A stretch of 64,000 nucleotides of DNA from assembly GCF_022539665.2 (NCBI RefSeq), contig NC_081333.1, positions 5,704,001 to 5,768,000 of the forward strand. Direction: 5' to 3'. The stretch comes from Daphnia carinata. Lineage: Eukaryota. Under the pieces are notes generated by a model. It saw only the letters and a program-made list of their open reading frames with translations, was not told where the DNA came from and made no database searches. This document shows positions 16,601 to 32,142 of the stretch, piece after piece (position 1 is the first letter of the stretch; every line of letters starts with the position of its first letter). Both the position numbers and the translations under genes were made by a program.

Positions 16601-19600
16601 GTATATTTGATGCTGTTTGAATGTAGATATTGAAACTCACTGTATCACACTATATTCACATTGAATACACGTATATTTGATGCTGTTTGAATGTAGATCA
16701 TGAAACTGATTCTATAACACTATATTCACATTGAATACACGTATATTTGATGCTGTTTGAATGTAGATATTGAAACTGACTGTATCACACTATATTCACA
16801 TTGAATACACGTATATTTGATACTGTTTGAATGTAGATCATGAAACTGATTCTATAACACTATATTCACATTGAATACACGTATATTTGATGCTGTTTGA
16901 ATGTAGATATTGAAACTCACTGTATCACACTATATTCACATTGAATACACGTATATTTGATGCTGTTTGAATGTAGATATTGAAACTCACTGTATCACAC
17001 TATATTCACATTGAATACACGTATATTTGATGCTGTTTGAATGTAGATATTGAAACTGACTGTATCACACTATATTCACATTGTCTACACGTATATTTGA
17101 TCCTGTTTGAATGTAGATCATGAAACTGATTCTATAACACTATATTCACATTGAATACACGTATATTTGATGCTGTTTGAATGTAGATCATGAAACTGAT
17201 TCTATAACACTATATTCACATTGAATACACGTATATTTGATACTGTTTGAATGTAGATCATGAAACTGATTCTATAACACTATATTCACATTGAATACAC
17301 GTATATTTGATGCTGTTTGAATGTAGATATTGAAACTCACTGTATCACACTATATTCACATTGAATACACGTATATTTGATGCTGTTTGAATGTAGATCA
17401 TTGAAACTGATTCTATAACACTATATTCACATTGAATACACGTATATTTGATACTGTTTGAATGTAGATATGAAACTGATTCTATAACACTATATTCACA
17501 TTGAATACACGTATATTTGATGCTGTTTGAATGTAGATATTGAAACTCACTGTATCACACTATATTCACATTGAATACACGTATATTTGATGCTGTTTGA
17601 ATGTAGATATTGAAACTCACTGTATCACACTATATTCACATTGAATACACGTATATTTGATGCTGTTTGAATGTAGATATTGAAACTCACTGTATCACAC
17701 TATATTCACATTGAATACACGTATATTTGATGCTGTTTGAATGTAGATCATGAAACTGATTCTATAACACTATATTCACATTGAATACACGTATATTTGA
17801 TGCTGTTTGAATGTAGATATTGAAACTCACTGTATCACACTATATTCACATTGAATACACGTATATTTGATGCTGTTTGAATGTAGATCATGAAACTGAT
17901 TCTATAACACTATATTCACATTGAATACACGAACATTTGATGCTGTTTGAATGTAGATATTGAAACTCACTGTATCACACTATATTCACATTGAATACAC
18001 GTATATTTGATGCTGTTTGAATGTAGATCATGAAACTGATTCTATAACACTATATTCACATTGAATACACGTATATTTGATGCTGTTTGAATGTAGATAT
18101 TGAAACTCACTGTATCACACTATATTCACATTGAATACACGTATATTTGATGCTGTTTGAATGTAGATATTGAAACTCACTGTATCACACTATATTCACA
18201 TTGAATACACGTATATTTGATACTGTTTGAATGTAGATCATGAAACTGATTCTATAACACTATATTCACATTGAATACACGTATATTTGATGCTGTTTGA
18301 ATGTAGATATTGAAACTCACTGTATCACACTATATTCACATTGAATACACGTATATTTGATGCTGTTTGAATGTAGATATTGAAACTCACTGTATCACAC
18401 TATATTCACATTGAATACACGTATATTTGATACTGTTTGAATGTAGATCATGAAACTGATTCTATAACACTATATTCACATTGAATACACGTATATTTGA
18501 TACTGTTTGAATGTAGATCATGAAACTGATTCTATAACACTATATTCACATTGAATACACGTATATTTGATGCTGTTTGAATGTAGATATTGAAACTCAC
18601 TGTATCACACTATATTCACATTGAATACACGTATATTTGATGCTGTTTGAATGTAGATATTGAAACTCACTGTATCACACTATATTCACATTGAATACAC
18701 GTATATTTGATACTGTTTGAATGTAGATCATGAAACTGATTCTATAACACTATATTCACATTGAATACACGTATATTTGATGCTGTTTGAATGTAGATAT
18801 TGAAACTCACTGTATCACACTATATTCACATTGAATACACGTATATTTGATGCTGTTTGAATGTAGATATTGAAACTCACTGTATCACACTATATTCACA
18901 TTGAATACACGTATATTTGATACTGTTTGAATGTAGATCATGAAACTGATTCTATAACACTATATTCACATTGAATTATATTCATTGAATACACGTATAT
19001 TTGATGCTGTTTGAATGTAGATATTGAAACTCACTGTATCATACTATATTCACATTGAATACACGTATATTTGATGCTGTTTGAATGTAGATATTGAAAC
19101 TGATTCTATAACACTATATTCACATTGAATACACGTATATTTGATGCTGTTTGAATGTAGATATTGAAACTCACTGTATCACACTATATTCACATTGAAT
19201 ACACGTATATTTGATACTGTTTGAATGTAGATCATGAAACTGATTCTATAACACTATATTCACATTGAATACACGTATATTTGATGCTGTTTGAATGTAG
19301 ATATTGAAACTCACTGTATCACACTATATTCACATTGAATACACGTATATTTGATGCTGTTTGAATGTAGATATTGAAACTCACTGTATCACACTATATT
19401 CACATTGAATACACGTATATTTGATGCTGTTTGAATGTAGATCATGAAACTCACTGTATCACACTATATTCACATTGAATACACGTATATTTGATACTGT
19501 TTGAATGTAGATCATGAAACTGATTCTATAACACTATATTCACATTGAATACACGTATATTTGATGCTGTTTGAATGTAGATATTGAAACTCACTGTATC

Positions 19601-22600
19601 ACACTATATTCACATTGAATACACGTATATTTGATGCTGTTTGAATGTAGATATTGAAACTCACTGTATCACACTATATTCACATTGAATACACGTATAT
19701 TTGATACTGTTTGAATGTAGATCATGAAACTGATTCTATAACACTATATTCACATTGAATACACGTATATTTGATGCTGTTTGAATGTAGATATTGAAAC
19801 TCACTGTATCACACTATATTCACATTGAATACACGTATATTTGATGCTGTTTGAATGTAGATATTGAAACTCACTGTATCACACTATATTCACATTGAAT
19901 ACACGTATATTTGATACTGTTTGAATGTAGATATTGAAACTGATTCTATAACACTATATTCACATTGAATACACGTATATTTGATGCTGTTTGAATGTAG
20001 ATATTGAAACTCACTGTATCACACTATATTCACATTGAATACACGTATATTTGATGCTGTTTGAATGTAGATCATTGAAACTCATTGTATAACACTATAT
20101 TCACATTGAATACACGTATATTTGATACTGTTTGAATGTAGATATTGAAACTGATTCTATCACACTATATTCACATTGAATACACGTATATTTGATACTG
20201 TTTGAATGTAGATCATTGAAACTGATTCTATAACACTATATTCACATTGAATACACGTATATTTGATGCTGTTTGAATGTAGATATTGAAACTCACTGTA
20301 TCATACTATATTCACATTGAATACACGTATATTTGATACTGTTTGAATGTAGATCATGAAACTGATTCTATAACACTATATTCACATTGAATACACGTAT
20401 ATTTGATGCTGTTTGAATGTAGATATTGAAACTCACTGTATCACACTATATTCACATTGAATACACGTATATTTGATACTGTTTGAATGTAGATAATGAA
20501 AATGATACTATAACACTATATTCACATTGAATACACGTATATTTGATACTGTTTGAATGTAGATATTGAAACTCATTCTATCACACTATATTCACATTGA
20601 ATACACGTATATTTGATGCTGTTTGAATGTAGATATTGAAACTCATTCTATAACACTATATTCACATTGAATACACGTATATTTGATGCTGTTTGAATGT
20701 AGATCATGAAACTGATTCTATAACACTATATTCACATTGAATACACGTATATTTGATGCTGTTTGAATGTAGATATTGAAACTCACTGTATCATACTATA
20801 TTCACATTGAATACACGTATATTTGATGCTGTTTGAATGTAGATATTGAAACTCACTGTTTCATACTATATTCACATTGAATACACGTATATTTGATACT
20901 GTTTGAATGTAGATCATTGAAACTGATTCTATAACACTATATTCACATTGAATACACGTATATTTGATGCTGTTTGAATGTAGATATTGAAACTCATGTA
21001 TTCACTGTATCATACTATATTCACATTGAATACACGTATATTTGATACTGTTTGAATGTAGATCATGAAAGTGATTCTATAACACTATATTCACATTGAA
21101 TACACGTATATTTGATGCTGTTTGAATGTAGATATTGAAACTCACTGTATCATACTATATTCACATTGAATACACGTATATTTGATGCTGTTTGAATGTA
21201 GATATTGAAACTCACTGTATCATACTATATTCACATTGAATACACGTATATTTGATGTTGTTTGAATGTAGATCATGAAACTGATTGTATAACACTATAT
21301 TCACATTGAATACACGTATATTTGATACTGTTTGAATGTAGATCATGAAACTGATTCTATAACACTATATTCACATTGAATACACGTATATTTGATGCTG
21401 TTTGAATGTAGATATTGAAACTCACTGTATCATACTATATTCACATTGAATACACGTATATTTGATACTGTTTGAATGTAGATCATGAAACTGATTCTAT
21501 AACACTATATTCACATTGAATACACGTATATTTGATGCTGTTTGAATGTAGATATTGAAACTCATTGTATCATACTATATTCACATTGAATACACGTATA
21601 TTTGATGCTGTTTGAATGTAGATATGAAACTGATTCTATAACACTATATTCACATTGAATACACGTATATTTGATGCTGTTTGAATGTAGATATTGAAAC
21701 TCATTGTATCATACTATATTCACATTGAATACACGTATATTTGATGCTGTTTGAATGTAGATATTGAAACTCACTGTATCATACTATATTCACATTGAAT
21801 ACACGTATATTTGATACTGTTTGAATGTAGATCATGAAACTGATTCTATAACACTATATTCACATTGAATACACGTATATTTGATGCTGTTTGAATGTAG
21901 ATATTGAAACTCACTGTATCATACTATATTCACATTGAATACACGTATATTTGATACTGTTTGAATGTAGATCATGAAACTGATTCTATAACACTATATT
22001 CACATTGAATACACGTATATTTGATGCTGTTTGAATGTAGATATTGAAACTCACTGTATCATACTATATTCACATTGAATACACGTATATTTGATGCTGT
22101 TTGAATGTAGATCATGAAACTGATTCTATAACACTATATTCACATTGAATACACGTATATTTGATGCTGTTTGAATGTAGATATTGAAACTCATGTATAA
22201 CACTATATTCACATTGAATACACGTATATTTGATGCTGTTTGAATGTAGATATTGAAACTCACTGTATCATACTATATTCACATTGAATACACGTATATT
22301 TGATACTGTTTGAATGTAGATCATGAAACTGATTCTATAACACTATATTCACATTGAATACACGTATATTTGATGCTGTTTGAATGTAGATATTGAAACT
22401 CACTGTATCATACTATATTCACATTGAATACACGTATATTTGATACTGTTTGAATGTAGATATTGAAACTGATTCTATAACACTATATTCACATTGAATA
22501 CACGTATATTTGATGCTGTTTGAATGTAGATATTGAAACTCACTGTATCATACTATATTCACATTGAATACACGTATATTTGATGCTGTTTGAATGTAGA

Positions 22601-25600
22601 TATTGAAACTGACTGTATCATACTATATTCACATTGAATACACGTATATTTGATACTGTTTGAATGTAGATATTGAAACTCACTGTATCATACTATATTC
22701 ACATTGAATACACGTATATTTGATACTGTTTGAATGTAGATCATGAAACTGATTCTATAACACTATATTCACATTGAATACACGTATATTTGATGCTGTT
22801 TGAATGTAGATATTGAAACTCACTGTATCATACTATATTCACATTGAATACACGTATATTTGATACTGTTTGAATGTAGATCATGAAACTGATTCTATAA
22901 CACTATATTCACATTGAATACACGTATATTTGATGCTGTTTGAATGTAGATATTGAAACTCTCTGTATCATACTATATTCACATTGAATTCACGTATATT
23001 TGATGCTGTTTGAATGTAGATATTGAAACTCACTGTATCATACTATATTCACATTGAATACACGTATATTTGATACTGTTTGAATGTAGATATTGAAACT
23101 CACTGTATCACACTATATTCACATTGAATACACGTATATTTGATGCTGTTTGAATGTAGATATTGAAACTCACTGTATCACACTATATTCACATTGAATA
23201 CACGTATATTTGATACTGTTTGAATGTAGATCATGAAACTGATTCTATAACACTATATTCACATTGAATACACGTATATTTGATGCTGTTTGAATGTAGA
23301 TATTGAAACTCACTGTATCATACTATATTCACATTGAATACACGTATATTTGATACTGTTTGAATGTAGATCATGAAACTGATTCTATAACACTATATTC
23401 ACATTGAATACACGTATATTTGATGCTGTTTGAATGTAGATATTGAAACTCACTGTATCACACTATATTCACATTGAATACACGTATATTTGATGCTGTT
23501 TGAATGTAGATATTGAAACTCACTGTATCACACTATATTCACATTGAATACACGTATATTTGATACTGTTTGAATGTAGATCATGAAACTGATTCTATAA
23601 CACTATATTCACATTGAATACACGTATATTTGATGCTGTTTGAATGTAGATATTGAAACTCACTGTATCATACTATATTCACATTGAATACACGTATATT
23701 TGATACTGTTTGAATGTAGATCATGAAACTGATTCTATAACACTATATTCACATTGAATACACGTATATTTGATGCTGTTTGAATGTAGATATTGAAACT
23801 CTCTGTATCATACTATATTCACATTGAATACACGTATATTTGATGCTGTTTGAATGTAGATCATGAAACTGATTCTATAACACTATATTCACATTGAATA
23901 CACGTATATTTGATACTGTTTGAATGTAGATCATGAAACTGATTCTATAACACTATATTCACATTGAATACACGTATATTTGATGCTGTTTGAATGTAGA
24001 TATTGAAACTCACTGTATCACACTATATTCACATTGAATACACGTATATTTGATGCTGTTTGAATGTAGATATTGAAACTCACTGTATCATACTATATTC
24101 ACATTGAATACACGTATATTTGATACTGTTTGAATGTAGATCATGAAACTGATTCTATAACACTATATTCACATTGAATACACGTATATTTGATGCTGTT
24201 TGAATGTAGATATTGAAACTCACTGTATCACACTATATTCACATTGAATACACGTATATTTGATACTGTTTGAATGTAGATCATGAAACTGATTCTATAA
24301 CACTATATTCACATTGAATACACGTATATTTGATGCTGTTTGAATGTAGATATTGAAACTCACTGTATCACACTATATTCACATTGAATACACGTATATT
24401 TGATGCTGTTTGAATGTAGATATTGAAACTCACTGTATCATACTATATTCACATTGAATACACGTATATTTGATACTGTTTGAATGTAGATCATGAAACT
24501 GATTCTATAACACTATATTCACATTGAATACACGTATATTTGATGCTGTTTGAATGTAGATATTGAAACTCATTGTATCACACTATATTCACATTGAATA
24601 CACGTATATTTGATGCTGTTTGAATGTAGATATTGAAACTCACTGTATCACACTATATTCACATTGAATACACGTATATTTGATGCTGTTTGAATGTAGA
24701 TATTGAAACTCACTGTATCATACTATATTCACATTGAATACACGTATATTTGATACTGTTTGAATGTAGATCATGAAACTGATTCTATAACACTATATTC
24801 ACATTGAATACACGTATATTTGATGCTGTTTGAATGTAGATATTGAAACTCACTGTATCATACTATATTCACATTGAATACACGTATATTTGATGCTGTT
24901 TGAATGTAGATATTGAAACTCACTGTATTCTATAACACTATATTCACATTGAATACACGTATATTTGATACTGTTTGAATGTAGATCATGAAACTGATTC
25001 TATAACACTATATTCACATTGAATACACGTATATTTGATGCTGTTTGAATGTAGATATTGAAACTCACTGTATCACACTATATTCACATTGAATACACGT
25101 ATATTTGATGCTGTTTGAATGTAGATATTGAAACTCACTGTATCACACTATATTCACATTGAATACACGTATATTTGATACTGTTTGAATGTAGATCATA
25201 AACTGATTCTATAACACTATATTCACATTGAATACACGTATATTTGATGCTGTTTGAATGTAGATATTGAAACTCACTGTATCATACTATATTCACATTG
25301 AATACACGTATATTTGATACTGTTTGAATGTAGATCATGAAACTGATTCTATAACACTATATTCACATTGAATACACGTATATTTGATGCTGTTTGAATG
25401 TAGATATTGAAACTCACTGTATCATACACTATATTCACATTGAATACACGTATATTTGATGCTGTTTGAATGTAGATATTGAAACTCACTGTATCACACT
25501 ATATTCACATTGAATACACGTATATTTGATACTGTTTGAATGTAGATCATGAAACTGATTCTATAACACTATATTCACATTGAATACACGTATATTTGAT

Positions 25601-28600
25601 ACTGTTTGAATGTAGATCATGAAACTGATTCTATAACACTATATTCACATTGAATACACGTATATTTGATGCTGTTTGAATGTAGATATTGAAACTCACT
25701 GTATCACACTATATTCACATTGAATACACGTATATTTGATGCTGTTTGAATGTAGATATTGAAACTCATTGTATCACACTATATTCACATTGAATACACG
25801 TATATTTGATACTGTTTGAATGTAGATCATGAAACTGATTCTATAACACTATATTCACATTGAATACACGTATATTTGATGCTGTTTGAATGTAGATATT
25901 GAAACTCATTGTATCAACACTATATTCACATTGAATACACGTATATTTGATGCTGTTTGAATGTAGATATTGAAACTCACTGTATCACACTATATTCACA
26001 TTGAATACACGTATATTTGATACTGTTTGAATGTAGATCATGAAACTGATTCTATAACACTATATTCACATTGAATACACGTATATTTGATGCTGTTTGA
26101 ATGTAGATATTGAAACTCTCTGTATCATACTATATTCACATTGAATACACGTATATTTGATACTGTTTGAATGTAGATCATGAAACTGGTTCTATAACAC
26201 TATATTCACATTGAATACACGTATATTTGATGCTGTTTGAATGTAGATATTGAAACTCACTGTATCACACTATATTCACATTGAATACACGTATATTTGA
26301 TACTGTTTGAATGTAGATATGAAACTGATTCTATAACACTATATTCACATTGAATACACGTATATTTGATGCTGTTTGAATGTAGATATTGAAACTCACT
26401 GTATCACACTATATTCACATTGAATACACGTATATTTGATGCTGTTTGAATGTAGATATTGAAACTCACTGTATCACACTATATTCACATTGAATACACG
26501 TATATTTGATACTGTTTGAATGTAGATCATGAAACTGATTCTATAACACTATATTCACATTGAATACACGTATATTTGATGCTGTTTGAATGTAGATATT
26601 GAAACTCACTGTATCATACTATATTCACATTGAATACACGTATATTTGATACTGTTTGAATGTAGATCATGAAACTGATTCTATAACACTATATTCACAT
26701 TGAATACACGTATATTTGATGCTGTTTGAATGTAGATATTGAAACTCACTGTATCACACTATATTCACATTGAATACACGTATATTTGATACTGTTTGAA
26801 TGTAGATCATGAAACTGATTCTATAACACTATATTCACATTGAATACACGTATATTTGATACTGTTTGAATGTAGATATTGAAACTCACTGTATCACACT
26901 ATATTCACATTGAATACACGTATATTTGATACTGTTTGAATGTAGATCATGAAACTGATTCTATAACACTATATTCACATTGAATACACGTATATTTGAT
27001 GCTGTTTGAATGTAGATATTGAAACTCACTGTATCACACTATATTCACATTGAATACACGTATATTTGATGCTGTTTGAATGTAGATATGAAACTGGTTC
27101 TATAACACTATATTCACATTGAATACACGTATATTTGATGCTGTTTGAATGTAGATATTGAAACTCACTGTATCATACTATATTCACATTGAATACACGT
27201 ATATTTGATACTGTTTGAATGTAGATCATGAAACTGATTCTATAACACTATATTCACATTGAATACACGTATATTTGATGCTGTTTGAATGTAGATATTG
27301 AAACTCTCTGTATCATACTATATTCACATTGAATACACGTATATTTGATGCTGTTTGAATGTAGATATTGAAACTCATGTATCACACTATATTCACATTG
27401 AATACACGTATATTTGATGCTGTTTGAATGTAGATATTGAAACTCTCCTATCACACTATATTCACATTGAATACACGTATATTTGATGCTGTTTGAATGT
27501 AGATCATGAAACTGATTCTATAACACTATATTCACATTGAATACACGTATATTTGATGCTGTTTGAATGTAGATATTGAAATTCACTGTATCACACTATA
27601 TTCACATTGAATACACGTATATTTGATACTGTTTGAATGTAGATCATGAAACTGATTCTATAACACTATATTCACATTGAATACACGTATATTTGATACT
27701 GTTTGAATGTAGATCATGAAACTGATTCTATAACACTATATTCACATTGAATACACGTATATTTGATGCTGTTTGAATGTAGATATTGAAACTCACTGTA
27801 TCACACTATATTCACATTGAATACACGTATATTTGATACTGTTTGAATGTAGATCATGAAACTGATTCTATAACACTATATTCACATTGAATACACGTAT
27901 ATTTGATGCTGTTTGAATGTAGATATTGAAACTCACTGTATCACACTATATTCACATTGAATACACGTATATTTGATGCTGTTTGAATGTAGATCATGAA
28001 ACTGATTCTATAACACTATATTCACATTGAATACACGTATATTTGATGCTGTTTGAATGTAGATATTGAAACTGACTGTATCACACTATATTCACATTGA
28101 ATACACGTATATTTGATACTGTTTGAATGTAGATCATGAAACTGATTCTATAACACTATATTCACATTGAATACACGTATATTTGATGCTGTTTGAATGT
28201 AGATATTGAAACTCACTGTATCACACTATATTCACATTGAATACACTTATATTTGATACTGTTTGAATGTAGATCATAAAACTGATTCTATAACACTATA
28301 TTCACATTGAATACACGTATATTTGATGCTGTTTGAATGTAGATCATGAAACTGATTCTATAACACTATATTGACATTGAATACACGTATATTTGATGCT
28401 GTTTGAATGTAGATATTGAAACTCACTGTATCACACTATATTCACATTGAATACACGTATATTTGATGCTGTTTGAATGTAGATCATGAAACTCATTCTA
28501 TAACACTATATTCACATTGAATACACGTATATTTGATGCTGTTTGAATGTAGATATTGAAACTCTCTGTATCATACTATATTCACATTGAATATACGTAT

Positions 28601-31600
28601 ATTTGATGCTGTTTGAATGTAGATATGGAAACTTATTGTATCACACTATATTCACATTGAATACAAGTATATTTGATGCTGTTTGAATGTAGATATTGAA
28701 ACTCACTGTATCACACTATATTCACATTGAATATACGTATATTTGATGCTGTTTGAATGTAGATATTGAAAATCACTGTATCACATTATATTCACATTGA
28801 ATACACGTATATTTGATGCTGTTTGAATGTAGATATTGAAACTCACTGTATCACACTATATTCACATTGAATACACGTATATTTGATACTGTTTGAATGT
28901 AGATCATGAAACTGATTCTATAACACTATATTCACATTGAATACACGTATATTTGATACTGTTTGTATGTAGATCATGAAACTGATTCTATAACACTATA
29001 TTCACATTGAATACACGTATATTTGATGCTATTTAAATGTAGATCATAAAACTGATTCTATAACACTATATTCACATTGAATACACGTATATTTGATGCT
29101 GTTTGAATGTAGATCATGAAACTGATTCTATAACACTATATTCACATTGAATACACGTATATTTGATGCTGTTTGAATGTAGATATTGAAACTTACTGTA
29201 TCACACTATATTCACATTGAATACACGTATATTTGATACTGTTTGTATGTAGATCATTAAACTGATTTTATAACACTATATTCACATTGACTACACGTAT
29301 ATTTGATGCTGTTTAAATGTAGATATTGAAACTCACTGTATCACACTATATTCACATTGAATACACGTATATTTGATACTGTTTGAATGTAGATCATGAA
29401 ACTGATTCTATAACACTATATTCACATTGAATACACGTATATTTGATGCTGTTTGAATGTAGATATTGAAACTTACTGTATCACACTATATTCACATAGA
29501 ATACACGTATATTTGATACTGTTTGAACGTAGATCATGAAACTGATTCTAAAACACTATATTCACATTGAATACACGTATATTTGATGCTGTTTGAATGT
29601 AGATATTGAAACTTACTGTATCACACTATATTCACATTGAATACACGTATATTTGATGCTGTTTGAATGTGGATATTGAAAATCACTGTATCAAACTATA
29701 TTCACATTGAATACACGTATATTTGATGCTGTTTGAATGTAGATATTGAAACTCACTGTATCACACTATATTCACATTGAATACACGTATATTTGATACT
29801 GTTTGAATGTAGATCATGAAACTGATTCTATAACACTATATTCACATTGAATACACGTATATTTGATGCTGTTTGAATGTAGATATTGAAACTCACTGTA
29901 TCACACTATATTTACATTGAATACACGTATATTTGATACTGTTTGAATGTAGATCATGAAACTGATTCTATAACACTATATTCACATTGAATACACGTAT
30001 ATTTGATGCTGTTTGAATGTAGATCATGAAACTGATTCTATAACACTATATTCACATTGAATACACGTATATTTGATACTGTTTGAATGTAGATCATGAA
30101 ACTGATTCTATAACACTATATTCACATTGAATACACGTATATTTGATGCTGTTTCAATGTAGATCATGAAACTGATTCTATAACACTATATTCACTTTGA
30201 ATACACGTATATTTGATGCTGTTTGAATGTAGATATTAAAACTGATTCTATAACACTATATTCACATTGAATACACGTATATTTGATGCTGTTTGAATGT
30301 AGATCATGAAACTGATTCTATAAAACTATATTCACATTGAATACACGTATATTTGATGCTGTTTGAATGTAGATATTGAAACTCACTGTATCACACTATA
30401 TTCACATTGAATACACGTATATTTGATGCTGTTTGAAAGTCGATATTGAAACTCTCTGTATCGCACTATATTCACATTGAATATACGTATATTTGATGCT
30501 GTTTGAAAGTAGATATTGAAACTCACTGCATCACACTATATTCACATTGAATACACGTATATTTGACGCTGTTTGAATGTAGATATTGAAACTCACTGTA
30601 TCACACTATATTCACATTTAATACACGTATATTTGATACTGTTTGAATGTAGATCATGAAACTGATTCTATAAAACTATGTTCACATTGAATACACGTAT
30701 ATTTGATGCAGTTTGAATGTTGATATTGAAACTTACTGTATCACACTATATTCACATTGAATACACGTATATTTGATGCTGTTTGAATGTAGATATTGAA
30801 ACTCTCCGTATCACACTATATTCACATTGAATATACGTATATTTGATGCTGTTTGAATGTGGATATTGAAAATCACTGTATCACACTATATTCACATTGA
30901 ATACACGTATATTTGATAATGTTTGAATGTAGATATTGAAACTCACTGTATCACACTATATTCACATTGAATACACGTATATTTGATACTGTTTGTATGT
31001 AGATCATGAAACTGATTCTATAACACTATATTCACATTGAATACACGTATATTTGATGCTGTTTGAATGTAGATATTGAAACTCACTGTATCACACTATA
31101 TTCACATTGAATACACGTATATTTGATACTGTTTGAATGTAGATCATGAAACTGATTCTATAACACTATATTCACATTGAATACACGTATATTTGATACT
31201 GTTTGTATGTAGATCATGAAACTGATTCTATAACACTATATTCACATTGAATACACGTATATTTGATGCTGTTTGAATGTAGATATTGAATCTCACTGTA
31301 TCACACTACATTCACATTGAATACACGTATATTTGATACTTTTTGAATGTAGATCATGAAACTGATTCTATAACACTATATTCACATTGAATACACGTAT
31401 AATTGATGCTGTTTGAATGTAGATATTGAAACTTACTGTATCACACTATATTCACACTGAATACAGGTATATTTGATACTGTTTGAATGTAGATCATGAA
31501 ACTGATTCTATAACACTATATTCACATTGAATACACGTATATTTGATGCTGTTTGAATGTAGATATTGAAACTCACTGTATCACACTATATTCACATTGA

Positions 31601-31799
31601 ATACACGTATATTTGATACTGTTTGATTGTAGATCATGAAACTGATTCTATAACACTATATTCACATTGAATACACGTATATTTGATGCTGTTTCAATGT
31701 AGATACTGAAACTCACTGTATCAAACTATATTCACATTGAATACACGTATATTTGATGCTGTTTGAGTGTAGATATTGAACCTCACTGTATCACACTAT
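1608..31799 (+). repeat. 70-bp satellite DNA array, block 1 (~430 monomers)
   Basis: The monomer tcacattgaatacacgtatatttgatgctgtttgaatgtagatattgaaactcactgtatcacactatat (70 nt) repeats head-to-tail. Two main variants: A (gatgctg...tattgaaactcactgtatcacac) and B (gatactg...tcatgaaactgattctataacac), plus A/B hybrids. Confidence 0.99.
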
Positions 31800-32001
31800 T
31801 GTAACGAGCCCAAAGGCTATCCGCAGACAGCCACACCCTCAACATCCCTCAAGCGTTTCACGAGTGAAAGTGAACGTATCCCCACCCATTTTACCTTCAA
31901 ATGTGTGTTAGTTAGTAGTATAAATACAGCATGTTTGTACCTTGTTAAATCGGAATTGTTACGACGATTCACTGCAATACACGAGGTTATGAAACTTTAA
32001 A
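31800..32001 (+). repeat. 5' LTR of Gypsy element 1 (~200 bp)
   Basis: Has a TG start, a TATA-like agtataaata near 31917, and ends just before the PBS. The terminus reads tttaaa instead of the expected ttaca. No partner LTR is available to confirm the end. Confidence 0.7.
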
Positions 32002-32003
32002 AT

Positions 32004-32020
32004 TGGAGGTCCCAACGAGA
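32004..32020 (+). promoter_or_regulatory. Primer-binding site complementary to the tRNA-Gln 3' end
   Basis: tggaggtcccaacgaga compared with the reverse complement of the eukaryotic tRNA-Gln 3' end as recalled (TGGAGGTCCCACCGAGA): one mismatch. Confidence 0.8.
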
Positions 32021-32142
32021 CTCACACTTGTTGTCCAGTACAAAGTTTCTACCCGTACCTTATTTCAGTGATTGTGCTCTACACTTCCCCGACGAGTCTC
32101 CAACAACTCTACCAGACCAAGGAACACCATCAAATGTAAGCG

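Noticed and set aside
1608..31799. CRISPR-like array (constant palindromic part plus variable part)
   Set aside because: The variable part has only two or three recurring alleles rather than unique spacers. There are no cas genes and the context is eukaryotic.
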